Below, in pieces: positions 10,691 through 25,962 of a DNA stretch of 64,000 nucleotides. Made by a program: the position numbers and the translations under genes. The notes beneath the pieces were generated by a model. That model was not told the DNA's origin. It saw nothing but the letters and a program-made list of their open reading frames with translations, and made no database searches. Location: positions 1,240,001-1,304,000 of the forward strand of contig NC_079238.1 of NCBI RefSeq assembly GCF_027921745.1, given 5' to 3'. Position 1 is the stretch's first letter, and each line of letters opens with the position of its first letter. The stretch comes from Schizosaccharomyces osmophilus (lineage: Eukaryota).

Positions 10691-11017
10691 ATGTTGTTTC
10701 GTTCCTTCCAATCGCTCCTTCCTGGAGCAAGATGGGGCGGTCTTCTTAACTCTTTCTCTATGAAAAGAGCTCAGTTACTTCCTAGTTTACAAGGACTTAA
10801 TGGCATAGGAAGTGGTTTGTTGCGATCTTCATTCCCTGCTTTTGAAGGTGCAGGTATGCAACAGCAAGTTCGATGGAAAACTATGGGAAACGAATATCAA
10901 CCTTCGAACCGTAAAAGAAAAAGGAAGTTTGGTTTTTTGGCAAGAATCCGTTCCATCAACGGTAGGAAGATATTGAGAAACCGTCGCAGAAAAGGAAGAA
11001 TGTATTTAACCCATTAA
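10691..11017 (+). CDS. mrx14: Mitochondrial ribosomal protein bL34m
   Basis: Presequence-like N-terminus followed by the L34 motif [32 protein letters not shown]. Confidence 0.9.
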   Translation: MLFRSFQSLLPGARWGGLLNSFSMKRAQLLPSLQGLNGIGSGLLRSSFPAFEGAGMQQQVRWKTMGNEYQPSNRKRKRKFGFLARIRSINGRKILRNRRRKGRMYLTH

Positions 11018-11188
11018 TCATTGCTTCTTTTTCCCTTAAAAATGATATCGTTTTGTCTAATGAATTGTGCTTTCTTTCTCCTGCTTCATATCTAGCGTTG
11101 AGTATAATACATACTTTAAAACAAATAATATTTTTAACTTTGACTTGATGAACTGAATCATCTATTTGATACATGAAATTCTAAAATA

Positions 11189-13351
11189 TTATATGTTTGG
11201 AGAAATCATATCCGCTTTAATCCAGGCTTCAACCGTCTCTTTGGATGTGCTCAGGAGCAAAAATTGTCTTGCTTCTAGAGCCAGCCATATTTTAATCATA
11301 GGACTTTGTATAGATATATCGCGTCTAGCAGAAGCAGCCCTCAGAAAGGGTGTAGCATTATTCAAAAGATCCATATCAGGGTATAATTGCCTACCTGCTC
11401 CTTCCATCAAGAGAATGGATAAAACCGTGTTGGCAAAGTTAGCTTCAATGCGAACATGATGCTCTCTAGACATCGTCATAACTTCTTGTAAAATCGTTCC
11501 AATTTGAAGCGACTTTAGCGAAAGCGTATTCTTCTGAATATCATTCAACAGGTGCTCCATTTTTAGAGCGAATACCTCTTTATTTCGAACATGTTCTGTT
11601 TGTCGACTTCGTTCAACCATCAGCAAACCAGCTTCATACCCTTGAAAAGTTAACACTGCTTGAAATAGGTCAATAAAATTTTGCAGATCCTGCGGACTAA
11701 GCTTCGTTACGAGACCCGCATCCAAATAAGTCAGAAAAGGATGATATCCTATATCTTGTAAGTATTGCATGGTAGATTTCCATTCTTCGTCATTACTGGA
11801 CATTAATTTAGAGCATAAGTCATTTTCTGAGACCTCTAAATTGCCCGAAAATGTGGAGCCTTTCTTGAACCCAACTATGATGTTTCCGCTATGCAGATCT
11901 GCGTGCGTAAAATTGTTAAGAATAAGCATTTGAAATAGAGAGCTATTTCCAACATTTGCCAAAACTTTATTGAAAGGGCCATCTCTATGACGAAGGAACA
12001 TACTCAACGGGATACCAGGAATAAATTCCTCAACCAAGACTTGATCTTTGGTATAGTTTTCGTATACCATAGGGAATTCCACGTATTGATTCTTATCAAA
12101 ATTTTTACGGAATTGTATTAGGTTTCGCGCTTCATGCCGAAGATCTAACTGTTGATTCAACATGTCTCCAAACACTTTCACTTCTTCTGGAAACGACAAC
12201 CACTTCATAGTAGGAATAAAATCAAAGAAGTTGGCAAGTATTTCAAGGATAATTAAATCCAGGGAAATGTTTAGTCCCACATTCGGATGTAGTACCTTGA
12301 CAGCCACCTTTTTATGTAAATCTTGTGCCGGTTTTCGCTGAAAAAACATGAAGCTTTTTAATTTTCCTTCATTTGGTAAAACGGAAGAACTTTCTTCGTT
12401 TCGAGCACAATCATGCTTCAAGTTAGCGGTATATACTTGCGCAATAGATCCGACCCCAATAGGTATGGGCAAGAAATCCTCAAAAACATCAGAAATTGAA
12501 TCCACATTAAAAGATTCTTTGATAACTTTTTCAGTATGGTTGAAGCTATGTGGTGTTACATGTGAATGAAATTTTGATAACTGATTGCAAAGGTCCGGAG
12601 GAAACAAATCAGTTCTTGTCGCTGCCCATTGCCCAAGCTAAAAAATAAGTTAGTAAAAAAGAAAAAATTTGATGGTAATAGTTCTGTAAAAAAGCCTGTA
12701 TCATACCTTTATGAAGGTAGCTCCAGCTTTTTCAAGCTGACGCACCAACAATTTAACCCAGAGCGAAAAGATGACAACAGAAAACCTTTGGAAAGGACTT
12801 AAATAGAGTAAGTATACAAGGGGAGCGGTTAATGATATAGGAAAGAAAACGAGAAATAAATAAGTGATACGTCTACATAACAGCAAAACAAGTTTGACCT
12901 TCCCTAAAAAACTTTTATCGCGAATTTCTGTCACTTTATAATCCAATGATGGAGCCAAAGAAGGTTGTTGCTCTCGTTTTTGATACAGATGCTCCCACAT
13001 TTTGTAAGCAAGGACACAACCTGAGAGAGTGACAGGAATAGTAATTAGTAAAGTAGAAAACAGTCTCCGATTAGAGCGTTGAGGGTTAGAAGGCCTTAAT
13101 TGGGTTGCGTATTTTCTCGTAAAAGCTACGGGAGTTTGCTGCCCGACATCTGTGCAATGAACATGAGTAAAAGCCTGTAGTGCATTTTCGAGACTGCTGG
13201 GTTTTTTCTTTTGAAACAAAACTGATTCTGCGGACATAAAAGAAAAGAGCCTTGACTCATAGTTATATTTAGGTAAAGTCCTTAAGGGCACAATGATGTT
13301 TCTTGGGCTTGCCAAGAAATACTTTGAATTCCTTTGAGAGTATAAAAACAT
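11189..13351 (-). CDS. Mitochondrial ABC1/UbiB atypical kinase (Cqd1/ADCK2-like); exons 13351-12707, 12637-11189
   Basis: Splice restores GATFIK|LGQWAATRTDLFP (KxGQ motif). Also PIGVGSIAQVY, VAVKVLHP, HADLHSGN and DAGL. Intron GTATGA..CTAAC..TAG. Confidence 0.92.
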
Positions 13352-14482
13352 AATGCAAGACTTAAATAATAAATCATTTCCTTTTCTGCGACTAGTAAAT
13401 TGCGAATGAATTGGAGGGAGGGAGGAATTGAGTTTTCGATCCTTCCTACTTCAAAACCAGAAAGTAAGTTGTATATTTAGCACGGTAAGTAAGATTCAGA
13501 GTGTATTTCAAAACATCAGATTTGTAGGTTTTTGCCCAAATTGACATAGCACGACGACGTTAATTGTTAAGACTACGAAAAAAGAAAGGTAGACGAGACG
13601 TTCCGTTTATACTATTTTTTCAATGGATGAACCATAGAAAGTTTCTTTATGGATTGCCCGGTGAGTTTTCAGCTCTTGTCTTATGTAGTATATTACGGTA
13701 CTTGGTGAACAATTAAGTCATAGTAGGTATTATACATAGTTCGTTCATTACTACTGGAGTTTTGTAACAACAATTCTTAAAAGTATTAAATAAAGAAAAA
13801 GAGAAAAACATTAATGAAAACCAACTAAAACCCCACATCCACCGGTAGATTTCTGTACTTTACTCACCGTCCTCGTAATTCCATTTCAGAACAAACTTGA
13901 GTCAACAGCAAATAGCTATGGCTTATAAGTCTTTCATTTTATTTACAAAATACACCGGGGCTTCACCTCAAATGTTTCGTAAACTGAGCGTTTCGAAAAC
14001 CCTTTTGCGTAAGCATTGAAAGAACAACAATGGTTTACTTTCCACTGTATTATATTACATTCAAAAGCTATCTTACTTCATTGAATATAAAAGAATGCTC
14101 CATTACATGTATCTATTTATTTTTTGAACTAGTTTCTATGCAAACATAAAACGTAAATATAATGCATTAGCAGAAAAAAACAAAACGGTTTGGAAATTTT
14201 GAGTGTGCTTTCTCGTTCAAATTTTATTGTATTTCTTAAATTTTAAACATATACATCTAAGTAATTCATTTTTCTGATATACTGTAAAGTAGTAGTTTAC
14301 TGCATGCAGTATTTTCGAAAATATGAAATTGTATGTCACCCATTCCACAACACAACCAATTTCATGAAAAAGCAGGAATCATAGACAGAAATTTAGGAAT
14401 TCAATCCTTTTTTGCTTCCCATTTCTGAAGTCTCACATTTTAAGCGGATTGAAGATCCGATTTGAGGAATAGGGAATTCATT

Positions 14483-15934
14483 ATGACTGAAAATTATTCA
14501 CCTACCCTTGTCAATGCAGAAAATTTGGAAATGATAAACAAGAAGGGATCAGAACAGAAAAACAAATTGAGAACTGAATATATGGAAGAAACACCAGCGT
14601 CGAGCTATGAATTTCAAAATAAAGACACTGACAACTTGAACCCATTCACAAGTACTCAATCAGTCTCACCCATATCTGAAGAAAAAGTTCCTGACGATTC
14701 AAATAACCAAGTTTCCGAAAACTCATCTGTCGATATACCTGAGAAAGGTTCACCAATTTTACCTGCGATACCTCAGTCATCTAATGTTGAAATAGGCGCT
14801 ATACAAGAAGACACCACAATTCAAAATTACGAAAATGAACACGAAAATTTATCTGAGGCCGAAACAGTGATTTTTCAGGAAGAAGAAAACAATAATATCG
14901 ACCAAGCTCCTTCGATCAACGCTTCCAATACACAGGCCGGCGTAAACAAAGAGGCTACGGAGCAACAATCGGATGAGTTTAGTTTCAGAAATCACAGAGA
15001 AGATGTCTCAAATGGATTCTCAAAGGGAAGTCCATTACAAACTGAAAAGTCGATGGTCGTCGAAGAAGAAGCGAATGCCACCGAGAAAGAAGAGGACGTT
15101 GACGAAGAAGAAGACGACGGAGAGGAAAAGGGTTCCGTTTCGGAAGGAAGAGAACGTACAAAGAAAATCGAAACGCAGGGGTCTTCTGGTAGGAAACGAA
15201 GGCGTGTTACCACTTCACGTGCCAGGTACGGTGCCCGTGATAGTCGATCAAAACGAGACTCGACAATTGAAGATCAAGAAAGAGGTGCCGACCCTGATGG
15301 AGAGTCAGCAATGGAAGGTCGACATGGTTTGGAACAGCCTTCTGACCAGGATGCCGAGAAAACGTTGAAGCGAAAAGAGGCTTTTGAAGCTTTATCGGCC
15401 ATAGAAAACGAGTTTGCAGTTTTACGGAATCGAATATACGGAAAGAGGCTTTTAAAACTCGACGAACAAGCAGAATTGATTAAAAATAAAAGGCACGAAC
15501 GATTTAATGCATGCGTCGAGCTGATTATCGAGCATAGAGACAACCGGATCCAACGGACTACCGAGCTTCTTAAGAAACAGTTGACTTCTATCCGAAATAT
15601 GATGAATTTCGTATATTCACAAATGAATTATCAGCTCCTTTTCGATAAACGGAAATTGAGACAAATGTTGTCTGCAAATGTTGCTGCTAAATTTTATCGT
15701 TTGCTAAACAGACAACAAATATCTTATGACCCCATCGTTCAACTCCAAAAGCAGACATCATTTCGCCAGAATGCTTTAACTAATAAGCAGAGGTTAGATT
15801 ATGAAACCGCTATTCTTTGTGAGCTGGATAATTTTGTCGGGTTCCCAGCTGCCCCCATTATTGAACAGGCTTCCATGGATGACATACAGCAGGATTTAAT
15901 TGACATGGGCGAAATTTATGGTAACGAAAGGTAG
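14483..15934 (+). CDS. dep1: Sds3-like subunit of the Rpd3L/Clr6 HDAC complex (Dep1)
   Basis: First ATG at 14483. Long acidic N-terminus, Sds3-like coiled coil (EAFEALSAIENEFAVLRNRIY), C-terminal VGFPAAP..DL..M typical of Dep1. Confidence 0.82.
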   Translation: MTENYSPTLVNAENLEMINKKGSEQKNKLRTEYMEETPASSYEFQNKDTDNLNPFTSTQSVSPISEEKVPDDSNNQVSENSSVDIPEKGSPILPAIPQSSNVEIGAIQEDTTIQNYENEHENLSEAETVIFQEEENNNIDQAPSINASNTQAGVNKEATEQQSDEFSFRNHREDVSNGFSKGSPLQTEKSMVVEEEANATEKEEDVDEEEDDGEEKGSVSEGRERTKKIETQGSSGRKRRRVTTSRARYGARDSRSKRDSTIEDQERGADPDGESAMEGRHGLEQPSDQDAEKTLKRKEAFEALSAIENEFAVLRNRIYGKRLLKLDEQAELIKNKRHERFNACVELIIEHRDNRIQRTTELLKKQLTSIRNMMNFVYSQMNYQLLFDKRKLRQMLSANVAAKFYRLLNRQQISYDPIVQLQKQTSFRQNALTNKQRLDYETAILCELDNFVGFPAAPIIEQASMDDIQQDLIDMGEIYGNER

Positions 15935-16671
15935 ATACTTAAAAGCAAATCATGTATCTTTGTATATAACCTTTTCTTTCTTTTTGTTTATGAGTTTGGA
16001 CTGTGAAGACACTTGTTGCAAGCATTTAATCACCCTTACTTACTTTTTTTGCCAAAACTTTCTTGATAGCCTTGCTTTTTGCTGTCATTATCTAATCTTT
16101 TTCAAAATTTCTCTTCCTTTTTGTATATATATTTTATCAATTCCCTTTTGAGTTACACGGGTAGTTCGTCGACGGATTATAACTAATTGTTTAGTATGTA
16201 TTCTGAATTTTGTCGCATCTTTCAGGATAACTTTGAAATGCGAATTTATTTATTGCTGTCATGTTTTTCAAGCACAAAGAGGATTGATTTGGCAAGCGTC
16301 AAACTGTTCCATATTGTCTTGACAGGTATGTTTACCATTTGCATATTTCATCGGTACGAAAGACTCATCTTTTTAATGAAATATATATTTTTTTTGTTTC
16401 CGTTTAGAGTTTCAATAACCATTTTCTCAATTACATTTGGAATTTATGTCTCATCTATAGTTGTTTTTCGTACTTATAACAAACAGTTATATGAATGATT
16501 CCTTTGAGTATTTTTTAGTAAATAACAAGTAGTAATACATTTCCCTTTTCACAATTTAAAAGTCATCCGATGGATAATTTGTAAAGTAAATTGGTCCGCT
16601 TAATGTTGTTATTTAGTGATGGCACAGAATGTAACCAAGCTTCAGCGCTTCTTTTCGAGAGTGCCATCAAA

Positions 16672-19600
16672 ATGTTAGAGGGTCTAATAGCGGGTATAAT
16701 GAACATAACAATAAAAATAATTTTGAGTATCTATACTAATGGATTGATTAGGACTCTTGAACAAGATTTTAGGTTCTTATGTGGACAACCTGGACACCAA
16801 ACAGCTGAATATTGGTGTCTGGGGCGGACGTGTAAGTCTTCAAAATCTTGCAATTAAGCCAGAAGTAAGTAGGAGAAATTGTAATAAATGCAGCTTTTCT
16901 AACTGTCTTGCCAGGCCTTGGACAAATTGGGCATACCTATAAAAATCGTCAGAGGGTTTATAGGTAATTTTATCTTAGAGATGCCTTGGTCAGATTTACA
17001 AAAGAAATCACTAAAAGTAAAAATCGAAGATATCTATCTATTAGTTCGCCCTCAAGGAAAAAGTTCACTCACCGAGCAACAACTTAAAGAATACCAGCAA
17101 AACTTTAAGCAAGAACAGCTTGACAGTTTTGAAATCTTAAGAAAAAACTTCCGAGAAGCACTTGATGATGTGAATTCTACCGCAACGAACAGTAAAAAAC
17201 AATCCCTCCTAGAGTTTATGATTGCTAAGTTAACTGCTAATCTCGAGGTTTCAGTTGACCGAGTGCACTTGCATTATGATGATGATTTAAGCGATTCCAA
17301 ACATCCATTTTCCTTGGGAGTTACTTTGAGATCGCTACGATTACATTCTACAAACGATGATTTCAAGGGATATCTATTACCTTCCGATCCCCTTCCCGAA
17401 AATTGTATTCACAAATACTTATTTGTTGATTATGTTTCTATTTATTATCTAGAGAAGTGCATGATACCCCGAACTTACTCTCCCGAAGAGATCTTTGCCA
17501 AATTACGGGAGGCTATTCCTGATTGCATGCAATCGCCGAAGTTTGATTATATACTAAAACCAATGACAGTAGACGGTCACTTCGTTTTATTTCGACATCC
17601 TGATGATCAGATTATGCAGTTACGGGGTACTTTGTCGGTTGAAGAATTATCCTTCGCTGTTAGTGATGTCGAATTTAAAAGTTTATTAGGCATTATAGAT
17701 TATTTCAAACTTATGTTGAGACAGCAGCTTTATATGCACTTCCGCCCCAAAGTAAGCCCAAAGGATGATCCTCTTGCGTGGTTTAGGTACACTGCATTAG
17801 TTGTTAAAGACTCCATCCACCAGAAGCAGAAGCAATGGGCTTGGAAATATTTTAAATCCCGCCGAGACGATCGTATCTTGTATATGGATATAATTCGTAA
17901 AAGATATTTAAATGAGGAAGTTGATCGCCAAGGAATTTATCTACAAAAAGCAATTGAGCAGAGGACGAACATTTATGACCTTATTAAATATCGTTCCCGT
18001 GTCCATACTTCGTTGCTAAATGAGAAGAATCCTGGCTACTTAAAGCTGAAAAAATCTGCTATTCAAGGCTGGTTTGACTGGGCAGCAGCACATATTCGAA
18101 ACCCACGAGATGATGTTTCTGATACTCCCAGGTTCACTGAAGAAGAGCAAAAGCAGCTTTTTACTTCTATAGAATGGAGTGGACAAGTTTATCCTAATAG
18201 CGTTGCGTTGAACCCGGATACTTGCATTGCTGTCTTTAATATCTATATTGAAAGAGGAAGCTTTTCAATATTGTCAAAAACCGAACATAAAAAAATTACG
18301 ATAATTCAGCAACGATTTAAAGGATTTGAAACTGAATGCTTAGTTCGTCCGCGATCTTTTAAACTAAAGGTTTCCTTAAAAGATTTGGATGTTCTGGATG
18401 GGATCACTAATCCTAAATTGCCTCCTAATAAAGTTGTTTTTTGCAAGCATTCCGATGGAACCAATGAAGGAAATTTAAAAATACCAAAATCTTATAGAGA
18501 ACACTTGTTTTTCCTTTTATTTGATTCTTATTCTTTGGATTCAAAGGCTAGTTCTGTTTTGTTGGTTCACTTAAGAACCCTCATTATCATTTACAATCGA
18601 ACTTGCGTTGAAAGACTTATTGAATTTTTTCTACCCCCTCGAACGAAACTCGAGCACGTCACAGAATGGAGTTATTCAGCTGCTGCCAAATTTATGAATC
18701 TAGCTAGGCAAACTCGAGCCAGTTTAGATTATGCACTCGAACAGCATAAGACAGCCGATATGACTATTGACTTACAAGCACCTTTGATTGTAGTTCGTCA
18801 GGTTTGTTCGAATTTTAATAGCCCCACTTTATTTCTCGATGTTGGCCGCATTGTTGCTCATACTCAACTTGTAGATGATCAGCTTATTGATAAATTTCGT
18901 TGTCTACAAAGTAAACAGATTGATTCTGAGCTTATGGAGCAATTGAAAAACTTAATGTATGATCGATTTGTCATTTCGCTTTTTGAAACAAGGTGTTTGA
19001 TTGCTCCGAATTACGATGTTGGAATGTCTTGTTTACCAGTAGAATCTGATTACCACGTTTTAAAAGAATGCTCTTTGGATATTAGTTTCGAGGTATCCAT
19101 TCTACAAAAAGCAACTAATCTAACCAAATTTCGTGTGTTTAGTCATATGAAAAGTGCCGAAATTATGTTTACAGACGATCAGTTTAAAGTGTTAGCCAAT
19201 ATGATGAGTAATTTGCTTCCTACTTTTCCGTCCATGGAAACACCATTTACGACTCAACAATTTCTTGATGCAGTCAAACCTCCTGAATTTTATGATGCTT
19301 CTGAGTCTTTCCAACAAACATCACAAGAATCCTCAATTAAATTAGCAAACACAAGGATAATTGAATTTATAGCTCAGGAGGTGTTTGCCTTTTACTTTAC
19401 TGTTGATGGTGCTGTGTGTTCCATGTGTTGGAGGCTTAACGACAAAGTAATTCCTATCATGCGTGCTTTTACTACCTTTTCAGTGGAGTTGGTTGTTCGC
19501 AAATTTGACTATCACGTTTTAATAACTCTTACAGACTTAACCATTAAAGAGTTTACATATCCTTCAGCATTATGCAATAACACGCTGGTGGCTCCATCTC

Positions 19601-22600
19601 CAAATTCTTCAGATGAGGCTGCTGGTAAAGTTGTTATTAGTTATATGAGTATTGATGAGGACTCCCCTGAGTTGCACCCAATTTACGAAGGTGTTAGGAT
19701 TACGACTGGTGTTGCATTATCTGATTTACGTCTCAATGTAGTACCTTCTGGCTTTATACTTATATATGATTACATTTTATGCTCATTCACGCCCTTATAT
19801 AACGCGTATAAGGTAAACGAAGGAACAAAAATAAGTGCTGATGATAATGAAAGCCTAAAAGGCGAAAGCTCTTCTATAAAAGAAAATGCCAATTTGCGGC
19901 TCAATCGCATCAATATTCATCTCTACGATAGAGAAGTCAACTTTTCCATACTCAATCTGGAAAATCTGAAACTACATATGGAATTTCGGGATTCGTTTTC
20001 TCTTCAGGCTCATTTTTATAAAGCCGAAGTTTTTAAGTGTTTGCATGATTCCGCAACCCCCCAAAAAATATTATCAATTGATAATGAAGATTTATGCAAT
20101 TTGCAATATGAAAGCTACGACGTCAACAAGCAGACAATAAAAGGACAATTACAGCAGGACTCAAGTTTAGATTTATCTGTTGGTCCTGTCACCATAAACT
20201 TCAATGAGGAATTTTTTAATACTCTTTATGGGTTTTTCGTGAAGTACAAAAAGCAAAAAGGCCTTTATGACTCTGTTAAATATGCACCATATTATGATTT
20301 ATATGGAAAAGAAAATACACAAACTTATACTAAGTATGAATTTCATGTTCGCAATCCTACGATTGTCTATGAGGGAATCATTTCTCCAAATGAGCAAACC
20401 AAGTCTTCTATTCTTGTTAACATCGGTTCATTTGCGATAAGTAATGAAGCTCCCAAAGTTAGCAATAAGCTTAGGAAATCTCCGTTCAAGATGGCGATTA
20501 ATTCTGTTAAAATTTCTACGTCAATTTCTAACTTCAAGCAACGAATCCAACTTTCAAAAAACTTTGACTTCGAGCTAAATTTTAGTTACGCAACGGAATT
20601 AAGAACACTTTCTAGTATCCTTAAGATAGATGCGAAAACCCCCAAATTGGAAGTGGATATGTGTGAACCTCACCATGTACTTTTGTGGTCATTTTATAAT
20701 GCTGCCACTGGCTTTACTGGCCTGGATGTATATCATTCTGATAAGCAATTGAGGAATGAACTCGCTGCAGCCTTGTCAAGGAACGGAACGACTAGCGCAT
20801 TGACTATACCTGAGATGACTTCTTATGAATTCTCGATAGCTGTACTGTATAACTTCGAAAAGTTACGATATAATGTTTTTACTGACGATGAATTTGAGGA
20901 TCTTACTCATTTGATGGCTTTACATACTGTCGTGGATTTCTCTCATATTCAAGCTGAGCAACATATGTATGCCAGTGGTCGTAACTATACCGAATTTTCA
21001 ATATCTGAAATTCAATTTTACGACGTAAGCAGAAGAGAACATCCCACTTTAAACAAAACCCTTCAGTATCCTGACAAACACCACACGCTTATTATAGGTT
21101 CACTTGATTATGCGACTCATATGCCAAAATCTAACTTAGTTATTGAGGTGGATTCGCCGATGGTGTACGTTAACTTTGACTACTTATATCCATTATGGTC
21201 AATTTTCGTTCATTGGCATCGTGCTTATTATAGCACATTAAAGGCTTTGAATAGCCGAGCGTTGACGTCCAAAGATGCCTCCAGTCAAACGGAAGATTGC
21301 ACATTATTTTACAGAATCACGTTTGTTGAATTGTGCCTCGTGTTTATTAAGGACATTGAAGCTCCAGTACCATATATTCTTCCTGCTAATTTTGGGGAAC
21401 TATTGATAACCCAACAATCAATAATGGCTGTAACCGCGAATAACGTTACATTGAACGCTCACACACTGGGTGATAATTCGAGGGTTGCTACTCAGTTAGT
21501 AGATCCATTTGGTTTTCGATTTGCGTATTCCCTACATAAAGCCAGCAATATGCAGGTTATGTCGAACATATCATTGGACTTTGAAGCACTGATCATTCGG
21601 TCTACGTATCCAGATTTGTTGTTCCTCCAGAAAGTGCTGCGAGGTGTTTACAATTTCTACTATGCGTTATACGCGGTGCCCTTAAAAGAGGGAGAAGACT
21701 TGAACATAGATGAAGAAGACAATCAAATATTTACAGATATTCCGAATACGAATTCTTGCTCACTCTTTGGAATTAAGATTTGCAAAGAAGAATGTTCCCT
21801 AACTATAGACGGAATTCGGATCCTATTGATTAGTCAATTGCATGATTTACCGATTGTAAATTTGAACGTGAAGCCTCTGAAGATTGATCTGAATGACTGG
21901 TCATCTGAATTAAATTTGAATACCCATTTAGAGCTATTTATGAATTTTTACAACTTTGCTAACTCCCATTGGGAGCCATTTCTAGAACCTTGGGCATTTG
22001 GGTTTCACCTGTCCAGGAACCCGAATACCTTTAAATGTGCCCTCTATTTAATATCAAGGAAGAAATTAGAACTGGTAATAACTTCTCAGCTTTTGGAAAC
22101 TCTAAGTTTTGGATTTTCCAAAGGAGTAAACGAGGATTTACGAGCTTCGTCTGAAACAGATGCTCCATACCGAATTCACAATCATACTGGGCATACCGTG
22201 AGTATTTGGGCTGATTATGAAGGAAGCGATAATTCTTACGTCCGTAGATTAGAGGATGGAAAAGGAACCGATTGGAAGTTTGAAGAATGGCGGCAGATGC
22301 AAGATATAATGAAGCAAGATGGAAACAGATCATGTATAGGCTTACATTTTGAAAATGGTATTTTTGACACTTTACGACGCATACGAGTGAACAAAGTGGG
22401 AGAATATGTTTTTCCACTTACATCTGAAAATTCACCAGTGAAACATTACATAGTGGTTGATGTTTCTTTAAGCGGAGAATATGTTAAGCACATTTCTTTA
22501 AGGTCTCCTTTATTGCTGAAAAATGAAAGTATGATGGAAGTGGAAATTATTTTATGTGACTCAGTTGGCCATAAGAAATCGCCTATCTACACAATCCCCC

Positions 22601-25600
22601 CAAAACAAGTTTGCAATTTACCTATTGAAGCTGCTTACGAGAATTTTATTCATATTCGACCAATTTCAGAATTTGGATATGCCTGGTCTTTGGAACCTAT
22701 TAATTGGAGACTTTTAACCGAGAAGAAGAAAAGTGTACTTTCGTGTTCCCAACTACATCAGGCTGATAAAGTTCCTTTTTGTCGATTTGCGGTGAATGCT
22801 GAGTATAGAAACAAACAGATCGCATCGCATTATCCATACATGCACATTAACATAACTGCTTTATTAGAATTAAGGAATCTGTTACCCATTGATATTCAGG
22901 TCAAAATCGTCGATAAAGAAGCAAACTCCACTTGGATGTCGAAGATCGATGTTGGTAAATGCTCTTACGTTCATTCAGTTGATATATCTCATGTTCTGCT
23001 TTTGCAAGTCCAAACGTCTAATTCCGAACTTGTTTCCAGTTCTTTTGCGACAATTGTGACTAATAATCCAGAAGTATATGAGCGTGATAAGTACCTTACA
23101 GTGACACTTCAGGACGGAAGAAAAGTCAAGTTAGGTTTGAAATATGTTGAAGTTTTCCCAGGAATTTTTCATGTTGAAATTTTTAGTCCATACGTTGTGA
23201 TTAATAAAACTAGGACGACGTTAGCCATTGGCCCGAAAAGTGAATATAAAAAATTTGCATTTTCTGCTGTTAAACTTTCCGAGGGTACCAGTGACGAGGC
23301 AATTCCTTGCCTTTTCTCATATTGGAAAAACCACGGCAGCCGCCGGTGCCGTTTACAATGTAATAGCTCACAATGGAGTGACCCAATTAGCTTTGATGCC
23401 ATTGGCAGTGTTTTCGAAGTCGATCTTCCCCATAAATACATTCATGATCTTGTTTACAAAATTGGTGTATTTATTGAAACAGGACCAAATGGTTATTCGA
23501 ATACCAAAGTTGTCACTATAGCATCAAGGTTCATGATAATTAATAATACCCGATGGACGCTCTCAATAGCTGAACCTAATGAAGAAGCCACAATGGAGAT
23601 TCAACCTAATGGGGAGGATTTTTTGAAGTATATTACGAAAACAGCATCTCCAATGATTCGAGTTTGTTGTGGGGATTTTTATGAATGGTCTTCACCCTTT
23701 CTAATTGAAGAAATTGGTTCTATATATCTGCGTTTACCTACTTTGGAAGGTGAAAGGTTAATAAGAGCGGAAATTACTTTAGATATGGCTACTATTTTTA
23801 TTTACTTTATAGAGGAAAACGGGACCTGGCCATTTTATATAAGGAACGAGACGAATTTAAATTTTAAGTTTTCACAAGTCAACATTCTTGATGAAGAGAA
23901 TAAGAAACGGAACCAAACATGTGAACAAAAGACACACGATTTACCTTCTCATAGTGAGGTTCAATATTCTTGGGATTATCCTTCTTCGCTATCCAAGGAA
24001 ATTATTTTGCAGAATCGCTCGAACAAGTGCCCGACAACATTGGCAGAAATCGGTTCTTTAACGCCTTTCAAGATAAAGGATGAATCAGGTGTTTCTACTT
24101 TCATTTCGAGAGACATCATCGCAAGTGGAATTTCGAAAATCTTGATCCTAAAACCGGCTGACATGGCGTCAATGGTTGCAAAACCAAAATTTTCCAGTAA
24201 GGTAGCTTGTGAAGAACAAGATTTCACCCTGGAACAAGCCGATAGTTGTATAGACTTATCCGTTAAATTTATAATGGAAGGAATCGGCATATCTCTTGTA
24301 TGTAGAAACACGCAAGAACTAGCATATATAACCTTTCATGGCGTCAATTTTTTTTATACTGAGTCTAGCACTCTTCGAACCTTCAAACTGGATATTCGGT
24401 GGATACAAGCGGATAATCAGTTGTATGGAGGTATTTACCCAATATTACTGTATCCTACCATTTTATCTCAGGAGGATGCAATGAACGATAACTCCTTGTT
24501 ACCGACTTTCCATTCCATGGTAGCCTTGATGAAAGACGATACTTATGGTGTCACGTATGTCAAATATGCGACGATACTACTGCAAGAGTTGACGATTGAA
24601 ATTGACGAAGACTTTGCGTTTGCTGCATTCGAATTTATGAAAGATTCTATGCCTCATTCGTTCAAGCCCCCGGAAGATTTAATGTTTAACACTAGCTTGC
24701 ATATACGTATACCAAATGATCTCAGTTCTGATATAAAGGTTTATTTTGAAATTCTGAACTTACAACCAAGTCAACTTCACTTGTCTTTTGTGAGAACCGA
24801 ACGGATTAACAATGCAAACACCTCGGTATCATCGCATAACCCATTTGTCTACTTTGTAAATATTTTGTCAATGGCAATCGGCAATATTAATGATGCGCCG
24901 GTTCGTCTGAACGCTTTGATAATGGACAATGCTCACGTATCTTTGCGACGTTTGTTCGAGCTAGTCAAAAACCATTATGAACAAGAGATGCTTTTTCAAG
25001 TTCACAAAATAGTTGGCTCCGCTGACTTTTTAGGAAATCCTGTTGGCTTATTTACCACAATTACATCAGGTTTTGCTGACATTTTTTACGAACCTTTTCA
25101 TGGATTCATTATAAGTGAAGGATCTTATGAGCTTGGAATTGGCTTTGCCAAAGGAACTGCAAGTTTTGTTAAGAAAACAATATTTGGTTTAACTGATAGT
25201 ATGTCAAAGGTAACAGGCACGATTTCAAGAAGTCTGAGTGTTATTACTATGGACCAAAAATTCCAGACTCGTCGAAGAACTGCACGCATTCGAAATCGAC
25301 CAGTTCATCTTCTATATGGAGTTACGGCTGGTGCAACTTCATTTTACACTGGAGTTCGAAGTGGCCTCAGTGGATTAGCCCTTCAGCCAGTTTTAGGTGC
25401 AAGAAGAAATGGAATGCCGGGATTTATGAAAGGCCTGGGTAAAGGCATGGTTGGATTTACTACCAAACCTCTCGTGGGCCTCTTTGATTTTGCATCAAGT
25501 ATCACGGAAGGCGCTAGAAATACAACGACAGTGTTTGACGAACGGAACATTGAAAAAATAAGAATGTCAAGACTGGTTCACAAAGACGGAGTTGTTCATC

Positions 25601-25962
25601 CGTTTGATTTGAGAGAAGCTCTTGGCCAGTATTGGTTGAAACACCTTGACAATGGACGATACTTCAATGAATACTATAGGGCACACATAGTCATTAAGAG
25701 CCAGCAAATTGTTATTTTGACTGACCGACGCGTTATGTTTGTTCGGTCAAAGAGTTTACGGTGTACAAAAGAATTTCCTCTTCGAAAGCTTCAAAACGCT
25801 GAGTTAAGAAATGATCGAAAAGTAGCACTAATTATGAAGAAAGGCACCTGTTACGAATTTGTGGTTCCTCAGAGTACTGCCCGAGAATATATATTTCGGC
25901 AAATACGAGACGAGCTTAGTAACTTGCAACACATAATAGCTTACGAGCTAGAGTTACTGTAA
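16672..25962 (+). CDS. vps1301: Vps13/chorein lipid-transfer protein, about 3060 aa; exons 16672-16693, 16752-16864, 16915-25962
   Basis: Spliced chorein N-terminus [46 protein letters not shown]. Also [28 protein letters not shown] and an ATG_C/PH-like C-terminus. The paralogue name rests on synteny. Confidence 0.95.
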